The notes under the pieces: model-generated | Database searches by the model: none | What the model was told of the DNA's origin: nothing | Seen by the model: the letters and a program-made list of their open reading frames with translations, nothing else | NCBI GenBank assembly: GCA_963802675.1 | Contig: CAWDJL010000005.1 | Coordinates: 595,896 to 659,895, forward strand | Length of the DNA: 64,000 nucleotides | Direction: 5' to 3' | DNA from: an uncultured Acidobacteriota bacterium | GTDB lineage: Bacteria; Acidobacteriota; Vicinamibacteria; Vicinamibacterales; UBA2999 | Made by a program: the position numbers and the translations under genes | Shown here: positions 41,564-52,372 of the stretch, in pieces | How positions within the stretch are numbered: position 1 is the first letter of the stretch | How the letters are laid out: every line of letters starts with the position of its first letter

Positions 41564-42527
41564 ATGCGTCGCCTGCAGTGGCCCCTGCCGTGCGTGGTTC
41601 TGTTGGTCGGCCTGACCGTGGTGACGGCTGCCAATTCGGGCACGTTCGGCCGCCCGCCAGGGACAGGTCATCCGCGGGAACCCACACAACAGGTGTTTCG
41701 TGCGGGTGTGGAACTCGTCACGTTCGGCGTCACGGCCGTCGACCGGCGGGGCAACCTGATCACGAACCTCAACGAGGCGGATTTCGAGATTGTCGAGGAC
41801 GGGCGGCCACAGCGTCTTCAGGTACTTTGTTCGCGGCGACGAGTCCGATGACGTCGAGACGCACCTCGGGCTGATGCTCGACACGAGCGCGAGCATGGAA
41901 GCCGACCTGAAGCTGGCCCGCAGCGCGGCCATCAAGTTCCTGAATCTGCTGCCAGAGGCCCGCGATATTACGCTGGTGGACTTCGACACCGAAGTTCGCG
42001 TGACGCGTTATCCGCAGCGCGATTTCCCCCGGCTGGTGGAGCGCATTCGGATGCGGAAATCCGAGGGGTGGACGGCCTTGTATGACGCGCTCGGGGTGTA
42101 TCTGGACGGCGCGGACGGGCAGGACGGGCGCACGATCCTGGTGATGTATACGGACGGCGCCGACTCACGATCGCAATTGAATTTGGTGGAGTTGATGGAT
42201 TTGCTCAAGGCGTCGACCGTGACCGTGTACGCCGTCGGGCTGATCGAGCACACGGGATCGGCCCGCCATCAGATGCAGATGCGAATCCAGCAGATGGCCG
42301 AGGCGACCGGTGGTCAGGCCTTCTTTCCCTCAGCGCTCAAGGATCTCGATAGCTCGTATGAAAAGGTCCTCGCCGAGATCAAGGCGCAGTACCATCTCGG
42401 ATACGCCTCCACCAACAGTGCCATGGACGGGGTGTGGCGGAAAGTCGATATCAAGGTCAAGCGCCCCGATATCAAGCTCCGCTCGCGGAAGGGGTACTTC
42501 GCGCCGTACAAGGAGCGTGCGAAGTAA
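41564..42527 (+). pseudogene. VWA-domain protein (acidobacterial TIGR03436-like), frame change near 41813
   Basis: ORF 41510..41851 (signal peptide; VTAVDRRGNLITNLNEADFEIVEDGRPQ) and ORF 41790..42527 (LMLDTSASM MIDAS-like motif, GWTALYDAL, YTDGADS). Confidence 0.8.
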
Positions 42528-42610
42528 AGAGGTGCCGGAGGTGCCGCTGAGCGCGTGAGCCCTTGGCCTTTGTCGTCAGAGGAGCGGGCCGCTAGAATCA
42601 GCGTCGCCCC

Positions 42611-45363
42611 ATGCCCCTATCCGCCGGCACACACCTCGGCCCGTACGAGATCCTGTCTGCGCTCGGCGCCGGCGGCATGGGTGAAGTCTACCGCGCGCAG
42701 GACACGAAGCTGGATCGCGCCGTCGCGATCAAGATCCTGCCCGAGGCGTTCGCCGCCGACACGGAGCGGATCGCGCGGTTTCAGCGCGAGGCCAAGACCC
42801 TGGCCTCGTTGAACATCCGAACATCGCCCACATCCACGGTCTCGAAGAATCCAACCCCTCGGCAGGCTCAGGGCAGGCGGCCGTCCGGGCGCTCGTCATG
42901 GAGCTCGTTGAGGGCGAGGACCTCGCCCAACGCATCGGGCGCGGGGCGATTCCGCCCGACGAGGCGCTACCAATTGCGAAGCAGGTGGCTGACGCGCTGG
43001 AAGCGGCGCACGAGCAAGGCATCATCCATCGCGACTTGAAGCCGGCGAACATCAGGGTGCGACGCGACGGTACGGTGAAGGTGCTGGACTTCGGCCTGGC
43101 GAAGGCGATGGAGCCGACGGACGTCGCATCACCGAGCGTCTCGCAGTCCCCAACTATCGCGACACCCGCGATGACCCATGCCGGAATGATCCTTGGCACT
43201 GCCGCCTACATGAGCCCGGAGCAGGCGCGCGGCAAGCCGGTGGACAAGCGCGCCGACATCTGGGCGTTCGGCTGTGTGCTCTACGAAATGCTCACGGGAC
43301 AACGGGCATTCGATGGGGAGGGTGTCTCGGAAACGATGGCGCGTGTCATCGAGCGTGAGCCGGACTGGGCCAGGCTGCCGGCTACTCTGTCGCCCGCGCT
43401 GCGCACATACATCAGACGCTGCCTGCAGAAAGATCCCAGACAGCGGGTGCAGGCCATCGGCGACGTCCGGCTGGCGCTGGAGGGCGCGTTCGAGACGGCT
43501 GTTCCGACCACGCCAGCGGTTGTGCCGCGGCGCGTCGCGCTCGTCGGTGTTGCAGCGATCATCGCGAGCGGCGCCGTCATCGGCGCCGGAGTGTGGGTCG
43601 CCATGCGCGAGGCCGAGCCGACGCCGCCTGCTGTCTCGCGCCTGCAAGTCACGCCCTCCGGCACGTCCGCGCTGAGCCTTTTCTGGAACAACCGCGATTT
43701 GGCCGTCACCCCGGACGCTTCACGCGTCATTTACGTCGGCAACCGCGGCACGCAGCTTTTCGTCCGTGCGCTCGACTCCCTCGTGCCGGTGGCGGTGTTC
43801 ACCGGCGGGATTGTCAGCGGGCCGTTCGTTTCTCCCGACGGGCAGTGGATCGGATTCGCCGACGGCCGCGGCCTGTTGAAGAGAGTGCCTGTGATCGGTG
43901 GACCGGCGGTCACAATTGCGACACTCGATACCGCGGGGCCCGCCGGCGCGACCTGGGGACCGGATGACTCGATCATCTTGGCGACGGCCGCCGTGGAGAC
44001 CGGCCTGCAGCGAGTGTCCGCGGCGGGCGGGCCGATGACGGTGCTCACGCGGCCCGACCGCGAGCAGGGCGAAGCCGATCACTTCTGGCCCGAGATGCTG
44101 CCGGGCGGTCGCGCCGTGCTGTTCACGATCACGGCGCTGACTGGAGGTCTCGACGCGGCGCAAATCGCCGTCCTGGATCTCGAGACCGGGATGCGGAAGA
44201 TCCTCGTGCGCGGCGGCAGCCACGCCCACTACGTGTCGAGCGGGCCTGCCTCGCCGAGGCGCGACGAGCGCGAAGGCGGCCATCTGGTCTACGCGGCGGG
44301 CAGCACGCTGCGCGCGGTGCCGTTCGATCTGGCGCGTCAGGAGACGCGCGGGCCGTCGGTGACGGTCGTACCTGACGTCGTCACGACGTTCAACGGTGGC
44401 GTGGACGCCGCGGTGGCGGCCAATGGCACGCTGGTCTATGTGCCGGGCAGCGAGCGGACGCCGCGGACCCTCGCGTGGGTGGACCGCCAGGGCCGCGAGA
44501 CGCCGATTGCGGCCCCGCCGCGCCCGTACCTCCTTCCCGCGCTGTCACCCGATGGCACGCGAGTCATGGTGTTCGGCAACGATCTGGAGTACGACCTCTG
44601 GCTCTGGGATTTCGGCCGGACGACGCTCACGCGTCTGACACTCACGCCGGGTGTGGATGGTATCGGCGTGTGGACGCCCGACAGCCGCCGGGTGATCTTC
44701 GCTTCGGAACGGACGGGAGTGCGGAATCTGTTCTCGGTGGCCGCGGACGGCTCCGGTGCAGTCGAGCGGCTGACCGAAAGTCCCAACACTCAGTACCCTT
44801 CGGCGGTTTCGCCCGACGGCCGCTACGTCATCTTCACCGAATTGGCTCCAAGCACGGCCGACGACGTGATGATGATGGAATTGGACGGGAGCCGCCGCGT
44901 CACGCCGCTCGTCCAGTCCCCGTTCTACGAGCGGAACGGAAGCGTCTCGCCCGACAGCCGCTGGCTCGCCTACGAGGCGTACGACTCGGGTCGAGTCGAA
45001 GTCTATGTGCGGCCATTCCCGGACGTGAACAGCGGTCGTTGGACGGTGTCCACCAACGGCGGCACGCGGCCAATCTGGGCGCCGAGCGGTGAGGAGCTGG
45101 TCTATGTCTCCCCGACGGGTGCGCTCATGCGCGTGGGTGTGGCGCGCGGCGCGTCGTGGGTGGCCACGACGCCGACGCAAGTCGTAAAGGAGGGGTACTA
45201 CACGATTCCGCAATGGTGGGGGCTCTCGTACGACATTTCACCGGACGGCCAGCAGTTCCTGATGCTCAAAGAAGGCGGCATCGATGGCACCGCTGCACCT
45301 GCCAGCATCATCGTCGTGCAGCACTGGGTTGAGGAGCTGAAGCGGCTCGTGCCGACGAAATAG
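42611..45363 (+). pseudogene. Ser/Thr protein kinase with a TM segment and a TolB-like beta-propeller C-terminal region; apparent -1 frameshift at 42814
   Basis: GAGGMGEVYRA, AIKIL and HRDLKPANI..DFGLAK. The propeller region contains repeated SPDG motifs (VSPDGQWIGF, LSPDGTRVM, VSPDGRYVIF, ISPDGQQFLM). LASLN/HPNIAHIHG is restored by adding one C in aaCat. Confidence 0.88.
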
Positions 45364-45371
45364 CGCGGGCG

Positions 45372-45490
45372 CCTGCACATTAAGCACCCTGCACATTAGG
45401 CACCCTGCACATTAGGCACGCTACGCACCTTGCAGCACCCTAGGCACCAGCACTTTAGGCACCGGAGGCACCCCAGGCACCTCAGGCACG
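45372..45490. repeat. tandem 16-nt unit x3 (CCTGCACATTAGGCAC) decaying into (T/C)AGGCACC words, all in one orientation
   Basis: cctgcacattaagcac cctgcacattaggcac cctgcacattaggcac gctacgcacc..ctaggcaccagcactttaggcaccggaggcaccccaggcacctcaggcac. Confidence 0.85.
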
Positions 45491-45522
45491 TTCCGTGGCT
45501 ATGGTACGATCCACCATAGCGC

Positions 45523-47556
45523 ATGCCTTCACTGAGCGACCACTTCACACTCGTGTCGGATTTCGAGCTGCGTGGCGACCAGGTCCACGCCGTGCCGGAG
45601 CTCGTCGAAGGGCTGAATCGAAGCGACAAGCACCAGGTGTTGCTCGGGGTGACCGGCTCGGGCAAGACCTTCACGATGGCCCAGGTGATTGCGACGGTGA
45701 ACCGTCCGACCCTCGTCATGGCCCACAACAAGACGCTGGCGGCGCAGCTGTTCCAGGAGTTCCGGCGCTTCTTTCCGCAGAACGCCGTCGAGTACTTCGT
45801 CAGCTACTACGATTACTACCAGCCAGAGGCCTACGTTCCGGCCAGCGATACGTATATCGAGAAGGAATCGACGATCAACGACGAGATCGACCGCATGCGC
45901 CTGTCAGCGACCCGATCGCTGTTCGAGCGTCGCGACGTCATTATCGTAGCCAGCGTCTCGTGTATCTACGGTTTGGGGTCTCCCGAGGCGTATTACGGGA
46001 TGGTGCTGCCGCTCGAGCGCGGCCAGCGAATCGACCGCGATCAGATCCTCCGGAAGCTGGTCGAAATCCACTACGAGCGCAATGACCACGAGTTCGGTCG
46101 CGGCGCCTTTCGGGTCCGTGGCGACATCATCGAGGTCTATCCGTCTTACGAAGAATCAGCCCTTCGCATCGGTTTGTTCGGGGACGAGGTCGATGAGCTC
46201 GTCACCTTCGATCCCCTGACGGGGAAGGCCCACAAGCGCCATGACCGCATGGTCGTCTATCCGAAGTCCCACTTCGTGACGTCGCGCGCCCGGCTGCGGG
46301 AAGCGGTCGAGAGCATCAAGGTGGAGCTCGTCGAACGCCGCGCGCAGCTCGAAAGCGAGGGCAAGCTCCTCGAGGCGCAACGGCTGCATCAGCGGACGAT
46401 GTTCGACCTCGAGATGATCCGCGAGATTGGCTATTGCCACGGGATCGAGAACTACTCGCGTCATTTGACCGGTCGGTCACCCGGCCAGCCCCCTCCGACG
46501 CTCCTCGACTACCTGCCCGGCGACGCGCTGATCATCGTCGACGAGAGTCACCAGACCGTGCCTCAGATTCGCGGGATGTATTTCGGCGATCGCTCGCGCA
46601 AGGAAGTGCTGGTGGAGTACGGCTTCAGGCTGCCGTCAGCGTTGGACAATCGACCGTTGAACTTCGAGGAGTGGGAAGGACGGGTGCCTCAACTGGTGTA
46701 TGTCTCGGCCACGCCTGGTCCGTACGAGCTGCACAAAGCCGGTGGCGTGATCGTGGAGCAAGTCATTCGGCCCACGGGGCTGATGGATCCCCCCATCGAA
46801 GTACGACCGGTCAAGGGACAGGTCGATGATCTCCTGCAGGAGATCCGCACCCGCGCCGAGCAACGCGAACGGGTGTTGGTCACCACACTGACCAAACGGA
46901 TGGCGGAGGATCTGACGACCTACTACCAGGAGCTTGGCGTCAAGGTTCGCTATCTCCACTCGGATATCGAGACGCTCGAACGAACCGAGATCTTGCGTGA
47001 CCTACGGCGCGGTGTCTTTGATGTACTGATCGGAATCAACCTGCTGCGAGAAGGGCTGGACCTTCCTGAGGTGTCGCTGGTCGCGATTCTCGACGCCGAC
47101 AAGGAAGGGTTTCTTCGGTCCGGTGGTGCGCTGATTCAGACCTCGGGGCGCGCCGCGCGAAACGTCAACGGCCGAGTGATCATGTACGCCGACGTCATGA
47201 CGGCGTCCATGCGGGCGGCGATCACTGAGACCGAACGGCGCCGTGCGCGCCAGCAGGCGTACAACGACGAACACGGCATTACGCCGACGAGTATCGTCAA
47301 GGCCATCGACGACGTGTTGTCGAGCGTCTACGAGAGAGATTACGGCGCGACGCCGCTCGTCAAGGACGAGCGGCCCGCGTTCCGTACGCAGGCGGAGCTC
47401 GACGCACACATCGCCGGGCTGGAAAAGGAGATGAAGGCGGCGGCCGCCAACCTCGATTTCGAGCGCGCGGCGGCACTGCGCGATCGCGTCCGCGCCCTGA
47501 AGACTCACGAGTTGGGTCTCGTCGGGGGAGGCCGGGACGTGAACCCTGCTGCCTAG
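45523..47556 (+). CDS. uvrB: excinuclease ABC subunit B
   Basis: 677 aa with [32 protein letters not shown] and a C-terminal UVR domain [14 protein letters not shown]. Confidence 0.97.
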   Translation: MPSLSDHFTLVSDFELRGDQVHAVPELVEGLNRSDKHQVLLGVTGSGKTFTMAQVIATVNRPTLVMAHNKTLAAQLFQEFRRFFPQNAVEYFVSYYDYYQPEAYVPASDTYIEKESTINDEIDRMRLSATRSLFERRDVIIVASVSCIYGLGSPEAYYGMVLPLERGQRIDRDQILRKLVEIHYERNDHEFGRGAFRVRGDIIEVYPSYEESALRIGLFGDEVDELVTFDPLTGKAHKRHDRMVVYPKSHFVTSRARLREAVESIKVELVERRAQLESEGKLLEAQRLHQRTMFDLEMIREIGYCHGIENYSRHLTGRSPGQPPPTLLDYLPGDALIIVDESHQTVPQIRGMYFGDRSRKEVLVEYGFRLPSALDNRPLNFEEWEGRVPQLVYVSATPGPYELHKAGGVIVEQVIRPTGLMDPPIEVRPVKGQVDDLLQEIRTRAEQRERVLVTTLTKRMAEDLTTYYQELGVKVRYLHSDIETLERTEILRDLRRGVFDVLIGINLLREGLDLPEVSLVAILDADKEGFLRSGGALIQTSGRAARNVNGRVIMYADVMTASMRAAITETERRRARQQAYNDEHGITPTSIVKAIDDVLSSVYERDYGATPLVKDERPAFRTQAELDAHIAGLEKEMKAAAANLDFERAAALRDRVRALKTHELGLVGGGRDVNPAA

Positions 47557-47568
47557 CAGCCGCGGCCA

Positions 47569-48342
47569 GTGCTGAGCGTCTTTACCGAATGGGCCAAGGC
47601 GGCAACTTTCGAGGTGCAGGAGTACGTGCGCCTGTGCCTCGGCGCCATCCGCGGCACGGTCACCCGGCCGTTCTATCGCCACGACGTGGTAGAGCAGTTC
47701 GAGGCGATCGGCATCGGATCGCTCACGGTCGTCTTGTTGACGGGTTTCTTCACCGGCGCCGTTCTCGCGCTCAACACCGGCATCACTCTCGACCAGTTCG
47801 GCGCACGCGATTTTGTCGGCCGTTTGATCAGCGCGTCGATGGTCAAGGAGTTGGGGCCGGTCTTGACCGGCCTGATGCTGGCCGGCCGCGTCGGCTCGGG
47901 AATCGCGGCCGAGCTCGGCTCGATGATGGTCACCGACCAGATCAATGCCTTGCGCGCACTTGGGACCGATCCCGTGCGAAAGCTGGTGGTCCCCCGGGTG
48001 CTGGCTGGGTTCTTCATGACTCCCGTGCTGACCATCATCGCCAACGCCGTCGGGATCGTGGGTGGTTGGATTATCGCGGTCACCCAATTGCGGGTGGCCT
48101 CGAGCTTGTACTGGTCGTCGATTGTCGACGGGCTCTACCTCGAGGATGCCTGGATGGGACTCATCAAGCCCTTTTTCCTCGGGTTCGTCATTGTCACGAT
48201 CGGCTGTCATGTCGGCCTCCGGACCCGCGGGGGCACCCAGGGTGTGGGGCGGGCCACGACGAATGCCGTCGTCGCCGCCTCGGTGGCCGTGATCGCGGTG
48301 GATTTCTTCCTCACGCGAATCCTGATCACGTTGATGTACTGA
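47569..48342 (+). CDS. mlaE: MlaE-family ABC transporter permease
   Basis: 257 aa, multi-TM, with MVKELGPVLTGLMLAGRVGSGIAAELGSMMVTDQINALRALG. Confidence 0.9.
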   Translation: MLSVFTEWAKAATFEVQEYVRLCLGAIRGTVTRPFYRHDVVEQFEAIGIGSLTVVLLTGFFTGAVLALNTGITLDQFGARDFVGRLISASMVKELGPVLTGLMLAGRVGSGIAAELGSMMVTDQINALRALGTDPVRKLVVPRVLAGFFMTPVLTIIANAVGIVGGWIIAVTQLRVASSLYWSSIVDGLYLEDAWMGLIKPFFLGFVIVTIGCHVGLRTRGGTQGVGRATTNAVVAASVAVIAVDFFLTRILITLMY

Positions 48343-49190
48343 TGCAGCTCACTCGCCAACAATCGGCGGCGCTTCGCGAGGTGATGGACGGGGAGAATGC
48401 ACCGATCGTCGTCTTCGACCGGGTCGCGCTTGCATTCGACGAGAAGGTCATTCTGCGTGACGTCAGCTTCACGCTGTTGACTGGCCATACGAAGATCTTC
48501 TTGGGCGCCAGCGGCGCCGGAAAATCAACGATTCTCAAGTTGATCCTGGGCTTGCTGCGCCCTGATGCCGGCGTCATCTGGGTGAACGGTGAGCGCATTG
48601 AAAGCATGCGCGAGGAAGAACTCATGAAGGTGCGCGGCGATCTCGGAATGGTGTTTCAGGAGGGGGCGTTGTTCGATTCGCTCACCGTAGCCGAGAACGT
48701 TGGCTACAAATTGTACGAGGAGTCCGACACGCCGTTGGACCAGGTCCGCGCCAGGGTCGAGGAAGTTCTCGGATTCGTCGGTCTGTCCGAGCACGTCGAC
48801 AAGATGCCGTCGGAACTTTCTGGCGGGCAGCGTCGGCGGGTTGCGATTGCGCGCGCCATGTGCTTCAAGCCGCGAATCCTGTTGTACGACGAGCCAACCA
48901 CGGGCCTCGATCCGATCACGGCGGATACAATCGACGACGAAATCATCAAGCTTCGCGACCTCGAAAACGTGAGCTCCATCGTCGTCACGCATCAGTTGCG
49001 CGATGCGTTTCGAATCGCGACCAAAGAGGCCGTTCAAGACAACCGGACGATCCGGATAGTCACCGCCAATGAGCGCAAGGCCGACGAGGCTGAGTTCATC
49101 ATGCTGAAAGACGGGCGGATCCATTTCGAAGGCAACGCCGGGGAGCTTCGCAGTTCGCCGGATCCGTACCTCAAAGAATTCTTGTCATAA
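48342..49190 (+). CDS. mlaF: MlaF-type ABC transporter ATP-binding protein
   Basis: GASGAGKST (Walker A), LSGGQRRRVAIARA and LLYDEPTTGLD. The ATG overlaps the mlaE stop (TGATG). The 5' 750 nt of track ORF 47589..49190 is out-of-frame read-through. Confidence 0.9.
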   Translation: MQLTRQQSAALREVMDGENAPIVVFDRVALAFDEKVILRDVSFTLLTGHTKIFLGASGAGKSTILKLILGLLRPDAGVIWVNGERIESMREEELMKVRGDLGMVFQEGALFDSLTVAENVGYKLYEESDTPLDQVRARVEEVLGFVGLSEHVDKMPSELSGGQRRRVAIARAMCFKPRILLYDEPTTGLDPITADTIDDEIIKLRDLENVSSIVVTHQLRDAFRIATKEAVQDNRTIRIVTANERKADEAEFIMLKDGRIHFEGNAGELRSSPDPYLKEFLS

Positions 49191-49199
49191 GGAACAGTC

Positions 49200-50240
49200 A
49201 TGCCACGCACGCGTTCTCTGGCTTGGTCGGAGCTCAAAATCGGCCTCGTTTCAATTGTTGCCCTGGTCATGGCCACGGTCCTGATCTTCCTCCTCAGCGG
49301 GGAAGGGGGCTTCGTCTGGCAGCGGTATTCGGTCAAGACAATTTTTCGCAACATCGCGGGGCTCAAGTCGGGCGCGCCCGTCCGCGTCGCGGGCTTGGAA
49401 GTCGGGTCGGTCAGCGACGTCGCCTTCGTCGGCGATCAGGTCGAGGTGACGATGGAGATTGGTGAGGAGCACCAATCACGGATCACCACGGAATCCCGGG
49501 CTGTGCTGGGGTCCGTCTCTCTCCTGGGGGAAGGGGCGGTGGACATCAGCCCGTCAAGCCGGGGCACGCCGATACCGGAATGGGGTTACATTCCGACCGG
49601 TCCTGAGGCGCGGACGATTGGCGAGGTCGGCGCGATTGCAACGGAGGGGATTGAAGAAGCCACTCGCCTGCTGCAGGACATCCGCCAGGGGCGCGGAACG
49701 ATCGGGAAGTTCTTCACCGACGACGCGGTCTACAAGGACTTCAGCGCGCTTGTGGTGTCACTCGATCGCGTCGCTAGCAGCATCGCACAAGGTCGCGGGA
49801 CGCTCGGCAGGCTGACCAACGATCCCGCTCTGCACAACCAGCTGAGCGCGGCCGTCGCCGACCTGAATGCCATTACGACCGGTATCCGCAATGGCGAGGG
49901 AAGCCTCGGAAAACTCTTGAACGATCCGGCGATGGCCACATCGCTGACCACGACCACGCAAAACCTCGAAACACTCACTGGCCGACTCAACCGTGGTGAG
50001 GGCACCGCCGGAAAACTCATCACCGATACGGCGCTCTACGAGCGGTTCGCGAGCATTGCCCAGCGGCTCGACACGCTGACGACGAACCTGAATTCCGGCG
50101 AGGGTACCGCGGGGCTGCTACTGCGAGACAAGCAGTTATATGAGAACATGAACAAGACCGTCGGCGAGTTGGGCAGCCTGATCGCTGAGATCAAGAAGGA
50201 CCCAAAGAAGTACTTGAATGTCAAAGTGAGCATCTTCTAA
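49200..50240 (+). CDS. mlaD: MlaD/MCE-domain protein with five C-terminal ~34-aa tandem repeats
   Basis: N-terminal TM segment, MCE core GLKSGAPVRVAGLEVGSV, then G(R/E)G(T/S)xGKLxxD repeats. Confidence 0.85.
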   Translation: MPRTRSLAWSELKIGLVSIVALVMATVLIFLLSGEGGFVWQRYSVKTIFRNIAGLKSGAPVRVAGLEVGSVSDVAFVGDQVEVTMEIGEEHQSRITTESRAVLGSVSLLGEGAVDISPSSRGTPIPEWGYIPTGPEARTIGEVGAIATEGIEEATRLLQDIRQGRGTIGKFFTDDAVYKDFSALVVSLDRVASSIAQGRGTLGRLTNDPALHNQLSAAVADLNAITTGIRNGEGSLGKLLNDPAMATSLTTTTQNLETLTGRLNRGEGTAGKLITDTALYERFASIAQRLDTLTTNLNSGEGTAGLLLRDKQLYENMNKTVGELGSLIAEIKKDPKKYLNVKVSIF

Positions 50241-50269
50241 GGAGGGCGGGGACGACCCGCCAATAGCCC

Positions 50270-50545
50270 ATGGCACACGACAACAACGGTGGAACCGTCA
50301 TGCTGGCCTTCCTCGTCGGAGCGATGACCGGCGCGGCAGCGGCGCTTTTGTTCGCCCCGGCAACGGGCGAGGAAACGCGAGAGTATCTGGGACAGAAGGC
50401 GCGCGAAGGTCGCGCCCGGGCCCAGGATGCGGTTCAGCACGGCCGCGAGATCTACCAGTCGCAGCGCGAGCAGCTGACCGGCGCCATCGAACGCGGCCGC
50501 GAGGCCTTTCAACAGGCGAGGGAGCGAGGGGAGCAGCAGGCGTGA
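50270..50545 (+). CDS. YtxH-domain protein
   Basis: GAMTGAAAALLFAPATGEETREYL followed by a charged helical tail. Confidence 0.75.
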   Translation: MAHDNNGGTVMLAFLVGAMTGAAAALLFAPATGEETREYLGQKAREGRARAQDAVQHGREIYQSQREQLTGAIERGREAFQQARERGEQQA

Positions 50546-50985
50546 CCGAGACCGGAGAACTGCTGCTCGGTGTGATTGCCGTCGCAGTCGCCGTGATGGC
50601 CTTGGTGCAAATTGGCGCGATCGTCGTCGGCATGCGCGCCGTCCGCCGGGTCGAGCAGCTAGCGTCCGAAATCGAGAACGGGCTCAAGCCCGTCTTGTCA
50701 AATCTCACCTCGTTGAGCGCCGAAGCCACGCGCGCGGCGTCGTCAGCGGCCGGGCAGGTTGACCGGTTGGACCGCCTGTTCTCCGACTTGACGACCCGGA
50801 TCGATCAAACGGTCGGCACAGCGCAGCGTATCGTTTCAGGCCCGGCCCGCGAAGGAATGGCCATCGTCGCGGGTCTCAAGGCCGCGGTTAGCGCGCTTCA
50901 GGGGATGCGTGAGGCGACCCGGCGTCGAAAGGCGACGCGGGCCTCCTCGTTTGAGGAAGAGGAGGAGTCGCTGTTTATCGGGTGA
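50542..50985 (+). CDS. DUF948-like membrane-anchored coiled-coil protein
   Basis: N-terminal TM segment LLLGVIAVAVAVMALVQIGAIVV followed by helical repeats. 4-nt overlap with the ytxH-like gene. Confidence 0.55.
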   Translation: MTETGELLLGVIAVAVAVMALVQIGAIVVGMRAVRRVEQLASEIENGLKPVLSNLTSLSAEATRAASSAAGQVDRLDRLFSDLTTRIDQTVGTAQRIVSGPAREGMAIVAGLKAAVSALQGMREATRRRKATRASSFEEEEESLFIG

Positions 50986-51072
50986 GCCCTTTCGTGATAG
51001 AAGAGCTGCATCTGCTGAGGCAAGTGTGGACCACCCGCTTGCGTTGATACGCTCCGCTGAGAAGGGCCGACC

Positions 51073-51624
51073 ATGACGTTCCGAATCCTGCGTGTGCGGG
51101 CGATGATTTTGGCCGCCGTTGTCCTCGTCGGCGTGACCAGCGCACAACCCGTTGCTCAGGACCGTTCGGCAACACTGGCCAAGGAGCTCACGAGCCTCCT
51201 GCAGGAACGAAAGCTCGACAGCATCGCGGCCCGCCATCCCGCGGCCGCCGACCAGTTCGTCGCGGCGCTGTTCTTCCCCGGGCAGCTGCTGGTCGTCTGG
51301 GCCCGGACCACCGCGCCCGCCGTCCTCAACGAAAAACTGATCCGTCGCGAGTTCCGCGATGTCTACATCGACCTGAACAGCGCCTCGATCCCGGAAAGTC
51401 GCGTCATGATCAGCGACAGCAGCGCCGATGGCCTTCGGCCACGCCGCGAAGCGAATCAGCCATTTGATACGCACGACGCCAACGGCAAGATCACCCGCTT
51501 CGACGGCAACTGGCGAGAAGACAAGATGTCGGAAGCCGATTACATGAAAATCTACACGCAAGCCGATTCGGCCTACGTCACCGCGCTCGAGGCTCTCCTC
51601 ACCGAGCTGAAGAAGACTTCTTGA
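51073..51624 (+). CDS. hypothetical secreted protein
   Basis: 183-aa ORF with signal peptide MILAAVVLVGVTSAQP and good GC3. No family recognised. Confidence 0.5.
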   Translation: MTFRILRVRAMILAAVVLVGVTSAQPVAQDRSATLAKELTSLLQERKLDSIAARHPAAADQFVAALFFPGQLLVVWARTTAPAVLNEKLIRREFRDVYIDLNSASIPESRVMISDSSADGLRPRREANQPFDTHDANGKITRFDGNWREDKMSEADYMKIYTQADSAYVTALEALLTELKKTS

Positions 51625-52015
51625 GAATCAGGTCCCGGACAGTGGCGGCAACCTGTCCCGGGTCGACTGGCTTTGCCAAGTACGCATCGAACCCTGCAGC
51701 CAGCACGCGATGCTCGATCTGCGGAGTGCCGTACGCCGTCAGCGCCACGATCGGCAACGCGCGCAGTTCCGGCAGGGCGTGATGTCGGCAGTGCTCCATC
51801 AGGCTGAATCCATCCTCGCCCGGCATGGCGAGGTCGGTGATCAAAACGTCCGGTCGGCTTTGGTCGAGGATGATCCTGGCGTCGCGGACTGACGCCGCCG
51901 CCGTGACTTCTGCTCCATGGACCCCGAGGATCGCTCGAAGCAGCTCACACGTGTCGCCGTCGTCGTCAACGACGAGAATGTCATGCCCGGTCAGGCTCAG
52001 CCAGCTCGACTGCAT
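51599..52015 (-). CDS. stand-alone response-regulator receiver domain
   Basis: ILVVDDDGDTCELL, DVLITDLAMPGEDG and LTAYG..AAGFDAYLAKP. No output domain. Alternative GTG start at 52045. Confidence 0.85.
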   Translation of the reverse strand: MQSSWLSLTGHDILVVDDDGDTCELLRAILGVHGAEVTAAASVRDARIILDQSRPDVLITDLAMPGEDGFSLMEHCRHHALPELRALPIVALTAYGTPQIEHRVLAAGFDAYLAKPVDPGQVAATVRDLILKKSSSAR

Positions 52016-52372
52016 CCTGGAACTATATATGGCTGGGCTGCCCACGTTGGGGCCGAACCGCCACTAATAGCGGAACACTGTGCAAACGTTGGGTCTTCGC
52101 TCGACCAGCGCAGTCCCAGCGAATCGGGCGGCACAGGCAGCGGAATCATTCATCGGCGACACGTGATCAAGACCCGGATTGATGATCAGCCGACGATGGC
52201 TTGATGCAGTTCGGTGCAAAACACCGACTATCCACGACGTGTGATGGTTCGAAGGGGAGCTTCGCTTAGATACCCCAGCCAAATGCAATCGGCATCGGCC
52301 CTGCAAAAAACCCGTTGCGAGATCCACTGCTTGTGGTTAGCTTGCCGTGAGGGCTTCATCCTTGGAGGTGTC

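Noticed and set aside
45372-45490. CRISPR array
   Set aside because: The repeat units are contiguous (16 nt, no spacers), decay progressively, and no cas genes are nearby. The same reasoning applies to the other word arrays.
47589-48341. 5' 750 nt of the 533-aa ORF 47589..49190
   Set aside because: This part overlaps mlaE out of frame and is Arg/Gly-rich nonsense. The ABC ATPase motifs begin only after the ATG at 48342, which overlaps the mlaE stop.
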